Shown here: one piece after another, positions 39,988 through 50,208 of the stretch | How the letters are laid out: the number at the start of each line of letters is the position of its first letter | Position numbering within the stretch: the stretch's first letter is position 1 | IMG/VR virus record: IMGVR_UViG_3300020160_001966 | Span: 52,360-116,359 of that record | DNA: 64,000 nucleotides | Strand: one strand, 5' to 3' | Source: a virus | The notes under the pieces: model-generated | Told to the model about the DNA's origin: nothing | Databases searched by the model: none | The model's input: only the letters and a program-made list of their open reading frames with translations | Position numbers and translations under genes: made by a program

Positions 39988-40708
39988 TGCTCATATCGAA
40001 TACGAATTTTTTAGATTCGGTGTCTGAATCTTGTGGATATGATGATAGTCTTTCTGTTGGGGTTTGTAAAGACCCCGACAGATCTCCATAGAATGTATCA
40101 TCATGTACTTGATAATTTCCCTTTTCTTGGGGTATATTCTCAAAAGAATGTTCAAGACGTTTAGCTTTCAATAACCAAACATAATGGCCAGCTAAAGGAT
40201 TTATGGAAGAATTGTCCTCATCACATCTTTCTGTAATTTCGTACATTTTACCGTCTCTTTCACCAGGTCTATCTGAACCGTATTCCACTAATTTAAAAAC
40301 ATCTCCAGATTTAGGTTCTAATTTTTTATCTGGAAAATGAGCATAAAATGAACTTATGTGTAAATATGCTGTTACTTGATCATCAGATCTATAGCCGAAT
40401 TTTGATAATACCAAAGCATTCTCAGCCAAAGTGAATATCATTATCATCTCTTTAGGTTCTTCGAATTGATCGACTGGCATTTCCCCATAAGTATTATCAC
40501 CGTCTTTTAAATTGTATAAATTTCTATAATACAATATTTTTTGACCATATAAATCTATTTGCTCTCTCCAATAATTACTATATAATAATCTTTCAGCTTC
40601 ATTTTTTTCTTTATCTGTAAAACGCAATGTTGATGACACATAGTTATTGTAATTATCGGGATAAGTCCTGATACAATTCACACCTTTATGTTTATCGTAA
40701 GTTATCAT
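39953..40708 (-). CDS. gp14: Neck protein (gp14-like)
   Basis: EQIDLYGQ...Y, YGE, LSKFG, PKSGD..KL. Confidence 0.75.
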   Translation of the reverse strand: MITYDKHKGVNCIRTYPDNYNNYVSSTLRFTDKEKNEAERLLYSNYWREQIDLYGQKILYYRNLYNLKDGDNTYGEMPVDQFEEPKEMIMIFTLAENALVLSKFGYRSDDQVTAYLHISSFYAHFPDKKLEPKSGDVFKLVEYGSDRPGERDGKMYEITERCDEDNSSINPLAGHYVWLLKAKRLEHSFENIPQEKGNYQVHDDTFYGDLSGSLQTPTERLSSYPQDSDTESKKFVFDMSINNTLEYGGYY

Positions 40709-41085
40709 TTTTTTAATATAAAGGATTTTTTACTATCATCCCAAACTATTTGTATTCCAGTATTTCCTAATTTTTTTGGTTCCGTTTTAGATACGCTATA
40801 TATACCATATTTTTTACATACCTTTTTCAATTGTACACTATTTAAAGGGACATTCACAGATGGATTATTTTTCAATTTCTCCACTTGCTGAATGATTGTC
40901 ATATCTGGTTTATGCATATCTGGAACAGTTTGTGCATGTTTTCTTTTAAAAGGATCTAATATTAAAGACCTTCTGTGTCTGGCTCCCTTTTTTATAGGTG
41001 GTTTTTGTGGTAAAAACATGTTCACGTAACCATGATTCCATGTTTGCTCTAAAATAATAGAAAATGTTTTTGCGAATAGCCCCAT
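40705..41085 (-). CDS. Hypothetical basic protein with leader
   Basis: Start MGLFAKTFSIILEQ at 41085; TAAATA 5 nt upstream. Confidence 0.55.
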   Translation of the reverse strand: MGLFAKTFSIILEQTWNHGYVNMFLPQKPPIKKGARHRRSLILDPFKRKHAQTVPDMHKPDMTIIQQVEKLKNNPSVNVPLNSVQLKKVCKKYGIYSVSKTEPKKLGNTGIQIVWDDSKKSFILKK

Positions 41086-41101
41086 GGAACTATTTATTAT
41101 T

Positions 41102-42925
41102 TTATGCTTCTGGAGTTGGAGCCTTACCTTCGTTACTAGGTGGAGGCGTTGGGGCCGATGCTCCAGATGGAGGAGGTCCAAAATCTGGTGGGGCTTCTTC
41201 CGCACCACCTCCTGCTCCACCTATTGGTGATCCAGCAGGAGCGCCACCACCACTTCCAGTCGGAATAGCTCCACCACTTCCAGCAGCCATAGGTTGCCCT
41301 TCTACAACTTCACCTCCAGCGGTTGTCAATTGCCTCCAATTTGGTCCCATAGCTGTGATTTGAGCCAATTCAAATTCCAATTCTTTATCCTTTTTCAAGA
41401 ATGCTCTATTTGCTAAAATTTCTTGATCACTCCATCTCAAATATTTTTTCTGAGCATATGTTTTTGATATGGATTCGTTTTGAGTCATATTGTTGAATGT
41501 TGTGTATTTTATTTCAGCCTTTTGAGCCTCTCTCATTTCAAAAAAGTTGGTTGGTGGGGTAAATTTGATATCAAAGTCTGTTTCTTTAACATCATATTTA
41601 CTCCATAATTTTTTTAATTTTAAATGCACTATAAAAGTATTCTTTAAACTTTCCGCAAAATGCATTTGCATACGCATAATAAATTTAGCAAATTTTAATT
41701 CCTCTCTCAAAATTTGCATACCATCACCATATGCTGAATCTGGAGCTATTCTATTGACAGGTACTTTTAAAGATTTATACAATTTGATTAAAAAATAATC
41801 CAAATCTGGCAAAGTGTTTAATTGAGGTCCACCTTGAAGCTCTCTAACATCTGTTCCTTCAGAACCTTGTCTTTTTGCAAACCAATAATTATCCAAATAA
41901 CTCTGAGGATTGAATTTGTTCACTTGACCAGCTTGATCAACATCAAATGTTCTTTTAGACCAATAATCTTGAATCATTTTTCTCAAATATGATTCAGCTT
42001 TAGGTGCTGGCATTGTTCCAACATCAACGTTGAAAACTAGTCTTGAAGGCGCTCTTGCTAGTCTATGAATGACTACACTATCTTCTATCAGAGATAGTTG
42101 ACGATATGCGCGTCTAGCGTTTTCAATGAAAGGTATTCTCATTGTTTTATTTTCATTCCATATTCCAGAATTGACATATGTAATTTGATTTTTATCCATA
42201 GGCACTAAAGCATAATCAACCACTTTAGATGGATTTGTCTGATCGAATACAGGTTTTCTTAAAAGAAATCCTTTTATCAACATGTTTTGAATATTTCCAA
42301 AAATAGGATCTATTAGTTCTGTTGGAACACTGACAACACCGAGTACACCTTCTTCTTCTCTTTCTTTATGTATAATGTTTTCCCAATATAATTCTCCATC
42401 AACCATTACATTTCTAAAATACTCCCAACCCTTTTTTTCAAATTCAAAATAATTTATAATTTTATCAAATTCTTCTGTTAAATCAGATTTTGCGTCAGAT
42501 TTTAAATCTTCATTGGGGAATTCCAATTTAACAATCTTGTTATTCTCATCTTTATTAACAGATTCATCACATATTTCATCCAATGCTTCAGCCACTTCCG
42601 AAAAAGCTGCCATTACTCTATAGTCACGCAATCTTGCAATTTTATCCGCTTGGACATTCGCATACATGTATTGTGTGAAATTCGAATCAATATTAAAAAA
42701 TGCCGTTGGAGATAACTCGTTATATTCTGAAGATGAACTTATACTCTGTCTAGCTAACGCTTCTGTCCTTTTGGAACCCGTATCTTGGAAAGATTTAAAC
42801 TTTGGATTTAATTTAGAGATGGTATCTATTACAGTATATGACTGATATGGAAGGTATGAATTTACATAATTCATTAAGCTTCTTCCAAATGTAGACTCTC
42901 TTCCTGATGATGAATTTGTTGGCAC
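41102..42925 (-). CDS. gp20: Portal vertex protein
   Basis: EVAEALDEI, VDGELY, LIEDSVVIHRLARAPSRLVF.VDVG.MP..KAE.Y, EDY-like NYWF.KR.G..GT; GTG 42925 lies 5 nt after TATAAATA (42931-42938). Confidence 0.95.
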   Translation of the reverse strand: MPTNSSSGRESTFGRSLMNYVNSYLPYQSYTVIDTISKLNPKFKSFQDTGSKRTEALARQSISSSSEYNELSPTAFFNIDSNFTQYMYANVQADKIARLRDYRVMAAFSEVAEALDEICDESVNKDENNKIVKLEFPNEDLKSDAKSDLTEEFDKIINYFEFEKKGWEYFRNVMVDGELYWENIIHKEREEEGVLGVVSVPTELIDPIFGNIQNMLIKGFLLRKPVFDQTNPSKVVDYALVPMDKNQITYVNSGIWNENKTMRIPFIENARRAYRQLSLIEDSVVIHRLARAPSRLVFNVDVGTMPAPKAESYLRKMIQDYWSKRTFDVDQAGQVNKFNPQSYLDNYWFAKRQGSEGTDVRELQGGPQLNTLPDLDYFLIKLYKSLKVPVNRIAPDSAYGDGMQILREELKFAKFIMRMQMHFAESLKNTFIVHLKLKKLWSKYDVKETDFDIKFTPPTNFFEMREAQKAEIKYTTFNNMTQNESISKTYAQKKYLRWSDQEILANRAFLKKDKELEFELAQITAMGPNWRQLTTAGGEVVEGQPMAAGSGGAIPTGSGGGAPAGSPIGGAGGGAEEAPPDFGPPPSGASAPTPPPSNEGKAPTPEA

Positions 42926-43004
42926 AGTATTATTTATATCGGAAAATGCTAAAGAAAACAAATTTTATCATTGGAATGTTTATAAAACGTGATAATATTG
43001 ATAT

Positions 43005-43286
43005 ATGGAAATTTTTGATTTTATAAACAACGTACTTTTTTTTAAAAAAGATGTTGTTGAATTGAATTGTGAGGAATATAAAAAATATAATTCTTATTTG
43101 ATTAATAGATGGATTTCTATGCACAGTCCAGACAATGCAATGATCATAAATCAAACAGTCAATAGAAAAAATTTCTTATGCAAGGACTCCGATTCTCAGT
43201 ATAAGTTTTTATTAAATGTGATCCCAAAATCAAAGTATAAAAAAATCGAATATATTAAAAAAAATACAAATGAAGATAAAGCTTGA
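43005..43286 (+). CDS. gp62: Clamp loader small subunit
   Basis: IFDFIN, Y..YLINR..SM, QY.FL...IPK. Confidence 0.7.
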   Translation: MEIFDFINNVLFFKKDVVELNCEEYKKYNSYLINRWISMHSPDNAMIINQTVNRKNFLCKDSDSQYKFLLNVIPKSKYKKIEYIKKNTNEDKA

Positions 43287-43317
43287 TTTCTATATATCAT
43301 ATCTTAAATAAAAAAAC

Positions 43318-43770
43318 ATGAATATAGATGCATTAACACCACAAAAATCTTTAATTGACCTAGATGGCTTTTCACAAAATTCTTTAAATAGTGTTTTTAT
43401 TGGTTACAACTTATCAAAAGTATTAGACGATATTATATTGGTAGAACTTGTAGATTTGGGTGGCAATTCCAATGAAATTGTTAGGAACGGTATCGTTGTT
43501 CCAATTAACGCCGAAACTCAAGCTTGGAGAATTGGTAAGGTTATTCTTTGTGGGCAAGGTACATCTTTAGTAAAACAAGGAGATCATGTCATATTTCCCA
43601 ATAATAAAGGTATAATGATTTCAAATGTTGAAATTGAGGGTTACGGTAAATTGGAGCATGGTCAATTTTTAAATGAACATAGAATTTTTGGAATAGCCAC
43701 ACCTAGACAAGATGTACATATCGAGACAGAATCTAAAAGCACTGCTAAGAACAAGCGTTTGCGAAATTAA
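43318..43770 (+). CDS. GroES-like co-chaperonin (gp31 analogue)
   Basis: VLDDIILVE, GIVVP, GKVILCG.G...VK.GD.VIF; TAAATA 7 nt upstream. Confidence 0.8.
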   Translation: MNIDALTPQKSLIDLDGFSQNSLNSVFIGYNLSKVLDDIILVELVDLGGNSNEIVRNGIVVPINAETQAWRIGKVILCGQGTSLVKQGDHVIFPNNKGIMISNVEIEGYGKLEHGQFLNEHRIFGIATPRQDVHIETESKSTAKNKRLRN

Positions 43771-44089
43771 ATTTAGAAGAAGAAATCCGATAGCTGGGAG
43801 ATCTTTATATAGGAGAATGTTATGTACAACGTCTCCAACTATTTTGAATTCATTAGATGGTCGTTTAACTTTAAATTTTAGACCAACATCTAATCCTCCC
43901 TCCTATAATCCAGATCAATATAATTTGGTCATAGTTTGGGATATTTTAATGCAAGACTATAGGAGCGTTAATATGTCTTATTGCAATTTAATAGCAAAAA
44001 TTCCAGCAAATAAAACATTTTGGGATTATTTTATAAAAGAAATTTTACCCAAAAGTTCGAATGAGAAAAAATATTGGATGGATATTTAA
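43712..44089 (+). CDS. DUF2693/SH3-fold-like protein
   Basis: L....CEIKF.R....R.MLCT...VWD....DYR. Confidence 0.55.
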   Translation: MYISRQNLKALLRTSVCEIKFRRRNPIAGRSLYRRMLCTTSPTILNSLDGRLTLNFRPTSNPPSYNPDQYNLVIVWDILMQDYRSVNMSYCNLIAKIPANKTFWDYFIKEILPKSSNEKKYWMDI

Positions 44090-44095
44090 CAAATT

Positions 44096-44425
44096 ATGAA
44101 TAATGATAATGATATATTTTTGAATAATTTACATAGAAATTTTAAATTCATATGTAATGGTAAAACAATTAAAGAGGGTAAACTTATTCTGTTTAATTTG
44201 AATGATTTTTATTACTCTTTCACGTTAGATGTGTCTGGTAATATAAAAAATTTTAAAATGCCTATGGCTTTTTCCGTCATGGACAATTTGAGTTCCATTA
44301 AATTGGATTATAGAATAAAAACATTGTGTCATAATGTTTACGATTTTGAAATTTACAGTAGAACCATTGAACCTAAATCTAAAACTTGTTTTTATGATAA
44401 TATAGTTGAAATGGTATTTGCTTGA
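44096..44425 (+). CDS. Hypothetical protein
   Basis: Open frame. Confidence 0.45.
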   Translation: MNNDNDIFLNNLHRNFKFICNGKTIKEGKLILFNLNDFYYSFTLDVSGNIKNFKMPMAFSVMDNLSSIKLDYRIKTLCHNVYDFEIYSRTIEPKSKTCFYDNIVEMVFA

Positions 44426-44452
44426 TTTGTCTAAATAATTCAAACACCGATA

Positions 44453-45268
44453 ATGAAAAAATCTCCTTATTTTTTTGAAATAAAAAATCTTCTAATACAA
44501 TTTTTGGCTGCTTTTAATAATGTTGTTATTAAAAGATTTGATGAGGATAGAGATATTAAGCAAACATTACAAGTCAGATATGTATATGCCCCGAAACAGA
44601 GAGTTATATATGATTTGGTTAATTTTTCTCAAAATATAACTTTACCAGTTGTTAGCGTTAACATAACAAGTTTTTCTAGAGATGAAAGTAGAGTTTTTAA
44701 CAAAAATTTAGGATTTCATAGACCAGATAGTTTAAAAGAAAATCAACCTACTCATTTAACTAGATTTTACAGAACTCCAGTTCCAGTGAATATAGGAGTT
44801 AATATGAATATAATGACCAAATATCAAACGGATTTGGATCAAATAATGTCTAATTTTATTCCATTTTGCAATCCTTATATAATATTATCTTGGAAAACTC
44901 CCGAAGAATTCAATCTACCCTTCATAGAAGAAATAAGATCTGAAGTTCTTTGGAATGGGCAAGTTAGTGTGGAGTATCCAACGGACATAGATGGTAATAA
45001 AAAATATTTTGTTGTAGGTAATACTAGTTTTACAATCAAAGGATGGCTTTTTTCAGATGCTAAACCAGTTAATAACATTTTTTATATAGATGCTGGTTTA
45101 TCTGTGGTTAAAGGTGATCTACATGAGAGTAGGTATTTCGAATTGAGTTCTCAAATTGTGCCGTATGAAAATTGTCACGAATATTATAATACGGAAATAA
45201 TTTCAATTTCTGCTAATCCTCAAATAGAAGATGTTCAATTTGAGTACTCTCCAATTTTTGAAGAATAG
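44453..45268 (+). CDS. gp15: Tail sheath stabiliser/completion protein
   Basis: YAPKQR, TLPVVS, D.SR..NK, PVPVN...M.I..K...D.DQI, F..KGWL. Confidence 0.85.
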   Translation: MKKSPYFFEIKNLLIQFLAAFNNVVIKRFDEDRDIKQTLQVRYVYAPKQRVIYDLVNFSQNITLPVVSVNITSFSRDESRVFNKNLGFHRPDSLKENQPTHLTRFYRTPVPVNIGVNMNIMTKYQTDLDQIMSNFIPFCNPYIILSWKTPEEFNLPFIEEIRSEVLWNGQVSVEYPTDIDGNKKYFVVGNTSFTIKGWLFSDAKPVNNIFYIDAGLSVVKGDLHESRYFELSSQIVPYENCHEYYNTEIISISANPQIEDVQFEYSPIFEE

Positions 45269-45270
45269 AC

Positions 45271-45298
45271 TTGATTTTTAAATTATTTCGTATATAAT
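45271..45298 (+). promoter_or_regulatory. Sigma70-type promoter
   Basis: TTGATT-N16-TATAAT, 6 nt before ATG 45305. Confidence 0.6.
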
Positions 45299-45304
45299 AA
45301 TCTC

Positions 45305-45466
45305 ATGGAAAATACAGAATCCGTTAAAAACGATAATATGGTGAAGGCTAAACAAGAAATAGAAGAAGTTCTTGAAAAATATAAGATTGTTTTAGTCCCA
45401 GTCATTATACATCAAGGTGATAAGACTATTAGCCGAATTGATATAACATCTTTGAGCGAAGAGTAA
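45305..45466 (+). CDS. 53-aa hypothetical, absent from ORF track
   Basis: MENTESVKND...ITSLSEE*, directly behind promoter. Confidence 0.55.
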   Translation: MENTESVKNDNMVKAKQEIEEVLEKYKIVLVPVIIHQGDKTISRIDITSLSEE

Positions 45467-45467
45467 G

Positions 45468-46193
45468 ATGTGGGTTGAAGAATTTCCCTTGATTGGGGAA
45501 AAAATCCCATCCTTAGAAAAGGATACACATACTTATCGTTGCTCGGATGGTTATTTATATAAATCCGTTTCTTCAATACTTTCTTCTATAAAACCAAAAT
45601 TTGATTTAGAACAGAAAGCCTTGGAATATTCTTTAAGGAGAAAGATTCCAATAGATGATGTTTTTAAATTGTGGGAAGATAAGAAAAATGTCGGTTTAAA
45701 ATATGGTACCGATGTTCATGAAAATGTTGAAGAATATTTTAAAACGAGGAATGTTATAAATTCTAGATATGAATCTATTATTAAAGAAATCTACGATAGG
45801 GTTTATGTTGAGAGTGGACATAACGAATTGATATGTTTTGATAAAAATAAAAAAATATGCGGTACAGCCGATTATGTTGTATTTGGTTTTAATTTTTTTG
45901 ATATTTTTGATTTTAAAACAAATTTAAAATTTAATTTTGAAAATCAATATGATGATAAATTTTTATTAGATCCAGTATCCCATTTACCAAACTCTGAGTA
46001 TTTTATATACTCTTTGCAATTATCTTTTTATGCTAATATGATAGAAAGATTGACTGGTTTAAAATGTAGATTTTTAAATATATTTTGGTTGAAACGTATG
46101 ATAGATACTAAATTAGTCTTCAAGGCCAAGTGGTTGAAATATACAGTCCCTTACTTAAAGGAAGAAGTTGAAAATATTTTATGCAACGTTTAA
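45468..46193 (+). CDS. PD-(D/E)XK exonuclease (RecB/lambda-exo-like)
   Basis: SVSSIL, GT.VHE, GTAD, DFKT, QLS.Y. Confidence 0.8.
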   Translation: MWVEEFPLIGEKIPSLEKDTHTYRCSDGYLYKSVSSILSSIKPKFDLEQKALEYSLRRKIPIDDVFKLWEDKKNVGLKYGTDVHENVEEYFKTRNVINSRYESIIKEIYDRVYVESGHNELICFDKNKKICGTADYVVFGFNFFDIFDFKTNLKFNFENQYDDKFLLDPVSHLPNSEYFIYSLQLSFYANMIERLTGLKCRFLNIFWLKRMIDTKLVFKAKWLKYTVPYLKEEVENILCNV

Positions 46194-46609
46194 AATGGGA
46201 AGAATATGCACTCGAATTGGCAAGAACGGCTTCTTTGAGGTCCGAAGATCCTTTTAGAAAAGTTGGTGCTTGTGCATTGTCTTATGATAATAGAGTATTG
46301 GGGGTTGCATATAATGGTTTAAAGAGTGGTAAAATTGTTGATGAATCTTTTTGGAAAGATAGAGACGCTAGAAGACCTTTCATGATTCATGCTGAAACTA
46401 ATCTTCTTTCACTATTTCCTAGAAATGAGGGTTCTTTGATAGCAGTAACTTTGTTACCATGTTCTAGTTGTGCTAAAATGATTTGTTCTTGGAATATTAA
46501 TACTGTTGTGTATTCTGAAGAATATGAAAATGTTGATGCTTTGCATAGTAAAGAAATATTTGATTTTTATAATATAAGATTGAAAAAAATAACATATTCG
46601 AATAAATAA
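46181..46609 (+). CDS. cd: dCMP deaminase
   Basis: RS.DP..KVGAC, YNG, HAETN, PCSSC. Confidence 0.9.
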   Translation: MQRLKWEEYALELARTASLRSEDPFRKVGACALSYDNRVLGVAYNGLKSGKIVDESFWKDRDARRPFMIHAETNLLSLFPRNEGSLIAVTLLPCSSCAKMICSWNINTVVYSEEYENVDALHSKEIFDFYNIRLKKITYSNK

Positions 46610-46617
46610 TTTGAAAT

Positions 46618-48423
46618 ATGGCTACAGTTGCAACTATTTCTGTCAATTTCGCAAATTACGGCACCTCATCATTCACTCCAGCTGGAGTAACAGATAGGTC
46701 TATAAACCCCTTAACATTATCTCAATTTTGTCTAGGTTCATCTACTGGTGATTTCGGTTATATTGGGGGGTTTGTTAAAAAAACGGGCGATACCATGAGT
46801 GGTATGTTGACCCTTCCTTTGACGATGCCTACAACCGATAATCATGCCGCTAGAAAGGGGTATGTAGATTCTAGAATAAATTCTTTATCTTCAACTATAT
46901 CTGACACTGGTGTTATTGGATATGTTCGTATTTCTGGATCTACCATGACTGGTATGTTGACTTTACCAACTACCGACCCTACTAATGTCAATCATTCTAC
47001 GAGAAAGGGTTATGTTGATGGTAGAATAGCTTCATTATCTGGACAAGTTAATAATGTATTGGCAGGAAATCCAGGCTATTTGAAACTAAATGGTGGTACC
47101 ATGTCTGGTATAATCAACATGGGTAATAGCAAAATTACTCAATTACCAACCACTGGCCTTAATGATACTGATGCTGTTCCTAAGAAATATGTGGATGATG
47201 CTATTGGTGGTGGTACTAGTGGTTTGGTTAGTAAATCATATGTTGATGCCGCTGATGGTTTACGAGTGTTGAAGACTGGCGATACCATGAGCGGAACTTT
47301 GAATATAGCTGGTACGACTCAGACTATAGGGGTTAATACTGGACCCACTGGAGCTAGTTTGGATATTCAAGCCAGTACCACTGGTATTGACGGCAATGCT
47401 GCATATATGAGTTTTCATAGACCATCCAAATATGCTGTTAGATTGGGTCTAGATACTGATAATAAATTAAAAGTTGGTGGGTGGAGCATGGGTAATGTAG
47501 CCTATGAAATTTTAAATTCTAACAATTGGTCTACTTATATACCCAATCAAACGTCTAATGATCTTAGATACATATTAAAAGCTGGTGATACCATGAGTGG
47601 TTTTTTAACATTAAATGCTAATCCTACTTCAAATTTACATGCTGCCACTAAACAATACGTAGATAGTGCCGTTGGCGGTGGTACTAGTGGATTAGTTAGT
47701 AAAACATATGTAGATAACGCCGATGCCTTGAGGGTGTTGAAGACTGGTGATACCATGAGTGGTTTTTTAACATTACATGCTAATCCCACTTCAAATTTAC
47801 ATGCTGTCACTAAACAATACGTAGATGCTGGCTTGGGTGGTAAAGTAGATTCCGCTACACTTGGGCTTTATTTACCTTTGAATGGTGGTACTTTAACTAA
47901 CTTTTTAACATTACATGCTAATCCTACTTCAAATTTACATGCTGCCACTAAACAATACGTAGACAGTGGTGTTTCTGCCGCAACAACCGCTGCCAATACA
48001 GCAAAAACAGCTGCCGATAATGCCGCTACTGCTGCTGCGGCTGCTAATACGAATGCTAATACTAGAGTTTTAAAAGCTGGTGACACCATGACTGGCTCAT
48101 TGACAGTTCAAGGTAATATTACCGCTAGTGGAGAAGTTACTGCATATTCGGATGCAAGGTTAAAAACAAATATTAAAGTTATAGAAGATGCCTTAAATAA
48201 AGTTCTGAAATTAAAAGGTGTAAGTTTTGAAAAAAAACCTGATAATAGAAAATCCATAGGTGTTATTGCGCAAGATGTCATGGAAGTTATACCTGAAGTT
48301 GTTAATTATGAAACAGATGGTTATTATTCCGTAGCGTATGGTAACATTGTTGCCGTTTTGATTGAAGCTGTAAAGGAGCTTTCAAATAAAGTTGACATTT
48401 TAGAACAAAAGTTAAATAGTTAA
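46618..48423 (+). CDS. Tail fibre protein with internal repeats and C-terminal intramolecular chaperone
   Basis: Repeated GDTMSG.L / HA.TKQYVD units; YSDARLKTNI...GVIAQ..PE.V (S74-type). Confidence 0.85.
   Translation: MATVATISVNFANYGTSSFTPAGVTDRSINPLTLSQFCLGSSTGDFGYIGGFVKKTGDTMSGMLTLPLTMPTTDNHAARKGYVDSRINSLSSTISDTGVIGYVRISGSTMTGMLTLPTTDPTNVNHSTRKGYVDGRIASLSGQVNNVLAGNPGYLKLNGGTMSGIINMGNSKITQLPTTGLNDTDAVPKKYVDDAIGGGTSGLVSKSYVDAADGLRVLKTGDTMSGTLNIAGTTQTIGVNTGPTGASLDIQASTTGIDGNAAYMSFHRPSKYAVRLGLDTDNKLKVGGWSMGNVAYEILNSNNWSTYIPNQTSNDLRYILKAGDTMSGFLTLNANPTSNLHAATKQYVDSAVGGGTSGLVSKTYVDNADALRVLKTGDTMSGFLTLHANPTSNLHAVTKQYVDAGLGGKVDSATLGLYLPLNGGTLTNFLTLHANPTSNLHAATKQYVDSGVSAATTAANTAKTAADNAATAAAAANTNANTRVLKAGDTMTGSLTVQGNITASGEVTAYSDARLKTNIKVIEDALNKVLKLKGVSFEKKPDNRKSIGVIAQDVMEVIPEVVNYETDGYYSVAYGNIVAVLIEAVKELSNKVDILEQKLNS
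47582..47968 (+). repeat. Three near-identical ~70-90 nt repeats in fibre gene
   Basis: TTTTTAACATTA(A/C)ATGCTAATCC(T/C)ACTTCAAATTTACATGCTG(C/T)CACTAAACAATACGTAGA at about 47601, 47763 and 47902. Confidence 0.85.
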
Positions 48424-48432
48424 CATATTATT

Positions 48433-49518
48433 ATGGCTATTAGAATATCTGGTCCCTTACCTATACAAGAAATATCCAACGAGTTCGGCGGTTCAGTGCC
48501 GCATGCTTTATCGGAATATTATGCTGATGGGGTTTTCGTGAAAAATGAATATAACCCAAAGACTCCACCAATTCCAAATAAAGGTGTTGGTAATAATACT
48601 ATTAAAGTTGGAGATTTTTACGGTAAAGGTAAGAAAAAAGCGGTGACTGTTACAATTACATCCAATGAATCTTCTGTCAATGTTTATGCTACAAAATTTA
48701 GATCTTTAATTCAAAACGAGATTCAGGATGTGGACGCTACTTTAATTATTAATTCTGGAGTTACTCTTACTGGAAATCCAGCATTGATTGTAACAGCCAA
48801 TGATCCCACTAGACTTAATGGTTTTAGATCTACAGATTCAATTACAATAATTAATAACGGCAATATTATTGGGAATGCTGGTACTGGTGGTGATGGAGGA
48901 TGTGCTAGTGGTGTCGCTGGGAAGAACGGAACCGTTGGAGGAATGGGTGTGCAATTATATAGAGCAACTAGCATCATAAACAACGGAACTATAGCTGGAG
49001 GAGCTTCTGGTGGTAAGGGTGGTACTGGTGGGGTTATTACATCTTATAATCAAAGAGCAGTTGCAGCTACTAGAAAATATTGTCCACCAGCGCAGCAACA
49101 AAGAAGTCAAGTAAATGTGTGTAACACTGATGAAAATTGCAGAGGTGTTGGTTGGATGAGTTGTGGTTGCAGAAGACCTTGCGGGAAGACTAACGCTAGA
49201 TGCGATGGCAGATATGGAAGAGGTAGAGGGCAACAAAGAACTAACTATTATCCACCTTGTCAGGGTAGTGATACGCCAGCTAGAGCACAAAACAATGATG
49301 TTAGAAGTACAGATACTTGCGGAGGTAAAGGTGGTGACGGCGCTACACCTTTCAGTAACACAGTATTGGCTGGAGGTAATGGTGGCGGTGGAGGTGCTAC
49401 AAACGGCAATGCTGGAGGTAAATGGGGTGAAGGCGGTTCTTATTATTTAAAAGGTGCTAATTCCTTGGTAGGTACTGTAGGTGGAACTCTACTTGGCTTA
49501 TCTTCAGCTACACCATAA
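48433..49518 (+). CDS. gp38-like glycine-rich adhesin
   Basis: I.EI..EFGG...LSEYY N-terminus; INNGNIIG, NNGTIAGG and polyglycine segments; follows fibre. Confidence 0.7.
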   Translation: MAIRISGPLPIQEISNEFGGSVPHALSEYYADGVFVKNEYNPKTPPIPNKGVGNNTIKVGDFYGKGKKKAVTVTITSNESSVNVYATKFRSLIQNEIQDVDATLIINSGVTLTGNPALIVTANDPTRLNGFRSTDSITIINNGNIIGNAGTGGDGGCASGVAGKNGTVGGMGVQLYRATSIINNGTIAGGASGGKGGTGGVITSYNQRAVAATRKYCPPAQQQRSQVNVCNTDENCRGVGWMSCGCRRPCGKTNARCDGRYGRGRGQQRTNYYPPCQGSDTPARAQNNDVRSTDTCGGKGGDGATPFSNTVLAGGNGGGGGATNGNAGGKWGEGGSYYLKGANSLVGTVGGTLLGLSSATP

Positions 49519-49559
49519 AAAAAAATATTGACATTTATAATTCATATACTATATTATAG

Positions 49560-50207
49560 ATGTATATGTTTAATTATAATTACTCGATTATTAATGAATC
49601 TTCGATAGATAAAGACGAGCATTTTCAGATTTTAATAAAATCTGAAAAACTTTTAAAAAAATACGATATTAAAATTAAGAAATATGTAGATGATGACTTA
49701 TTGAACATAATTTGTGAATACTACGGAAATAAATTTATGGAATCTGAAAAAAAATATATTGCGATAATTGAAAAATTAAAAGAAGAATCTCATTTTGAAT
49801 TCTTCTTTAAAAAAAATTCGGAAGAATCTATCGACTATGATAGATTGCCAGATATAACTTTGGATATATTGGAAATAGATCATGATAATTTAGAAGTTAA
49901 ATTTTTGCCTTATTCTAGCTTGTATAAGAGTGTTAATAAATCTGTATACCCGACAATAAGTTGTAAATTCGATTTATTGGATGGTGTGGTGTCTAATGGT
50001 TTAGACCTTGGAAATTTATTATTAGATTATTCTCAACAGTTGATATCTAATATTTTGGATGAAGAAAAAAATGATCCAAACATTTATTCTAAAAATGATA
50101 TTGTGGGTACTGTTATGGATGGTGGTGATGATGATCGGGAATATTTAAACGATACTGTATTTTTTGGTAAATCTAATAAAGCACTCGATGCTTTGAATTT
50201 TATATAA
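49560..50207 (+). CDS. Hypothetical protein
   Basis: Open frame after TTGACA-N16-TATATT. Confidence 0.45.
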   Translation: MYMFNYNYSIINESSIDKDEHFQILIKSEKLLKKYDIKIKKYVDDDLLNIICEYYGNKFMESEKKYIAIIEKLKEESHFEFFFKKNSEESIDYDRLPDITLDILEIDHDNLEVKFLPYSSLYKSVNKSVYPTISCKFDLLDGVVSNGLDLGNLLLDYSQQLISNILDEEKNDPNIYSKNDIVGTVMDGGDDDREYLNDTVFFGKSNKALDALNFI

Positions 50208-50208
50208 T

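Noticed and set aside
46618-48423. Fibre repeats as a CRISPR or DGR template/variable pair
   Set aside because: They are in-frame protein repeats with mostly synonymous, non-adenine-biased differences.
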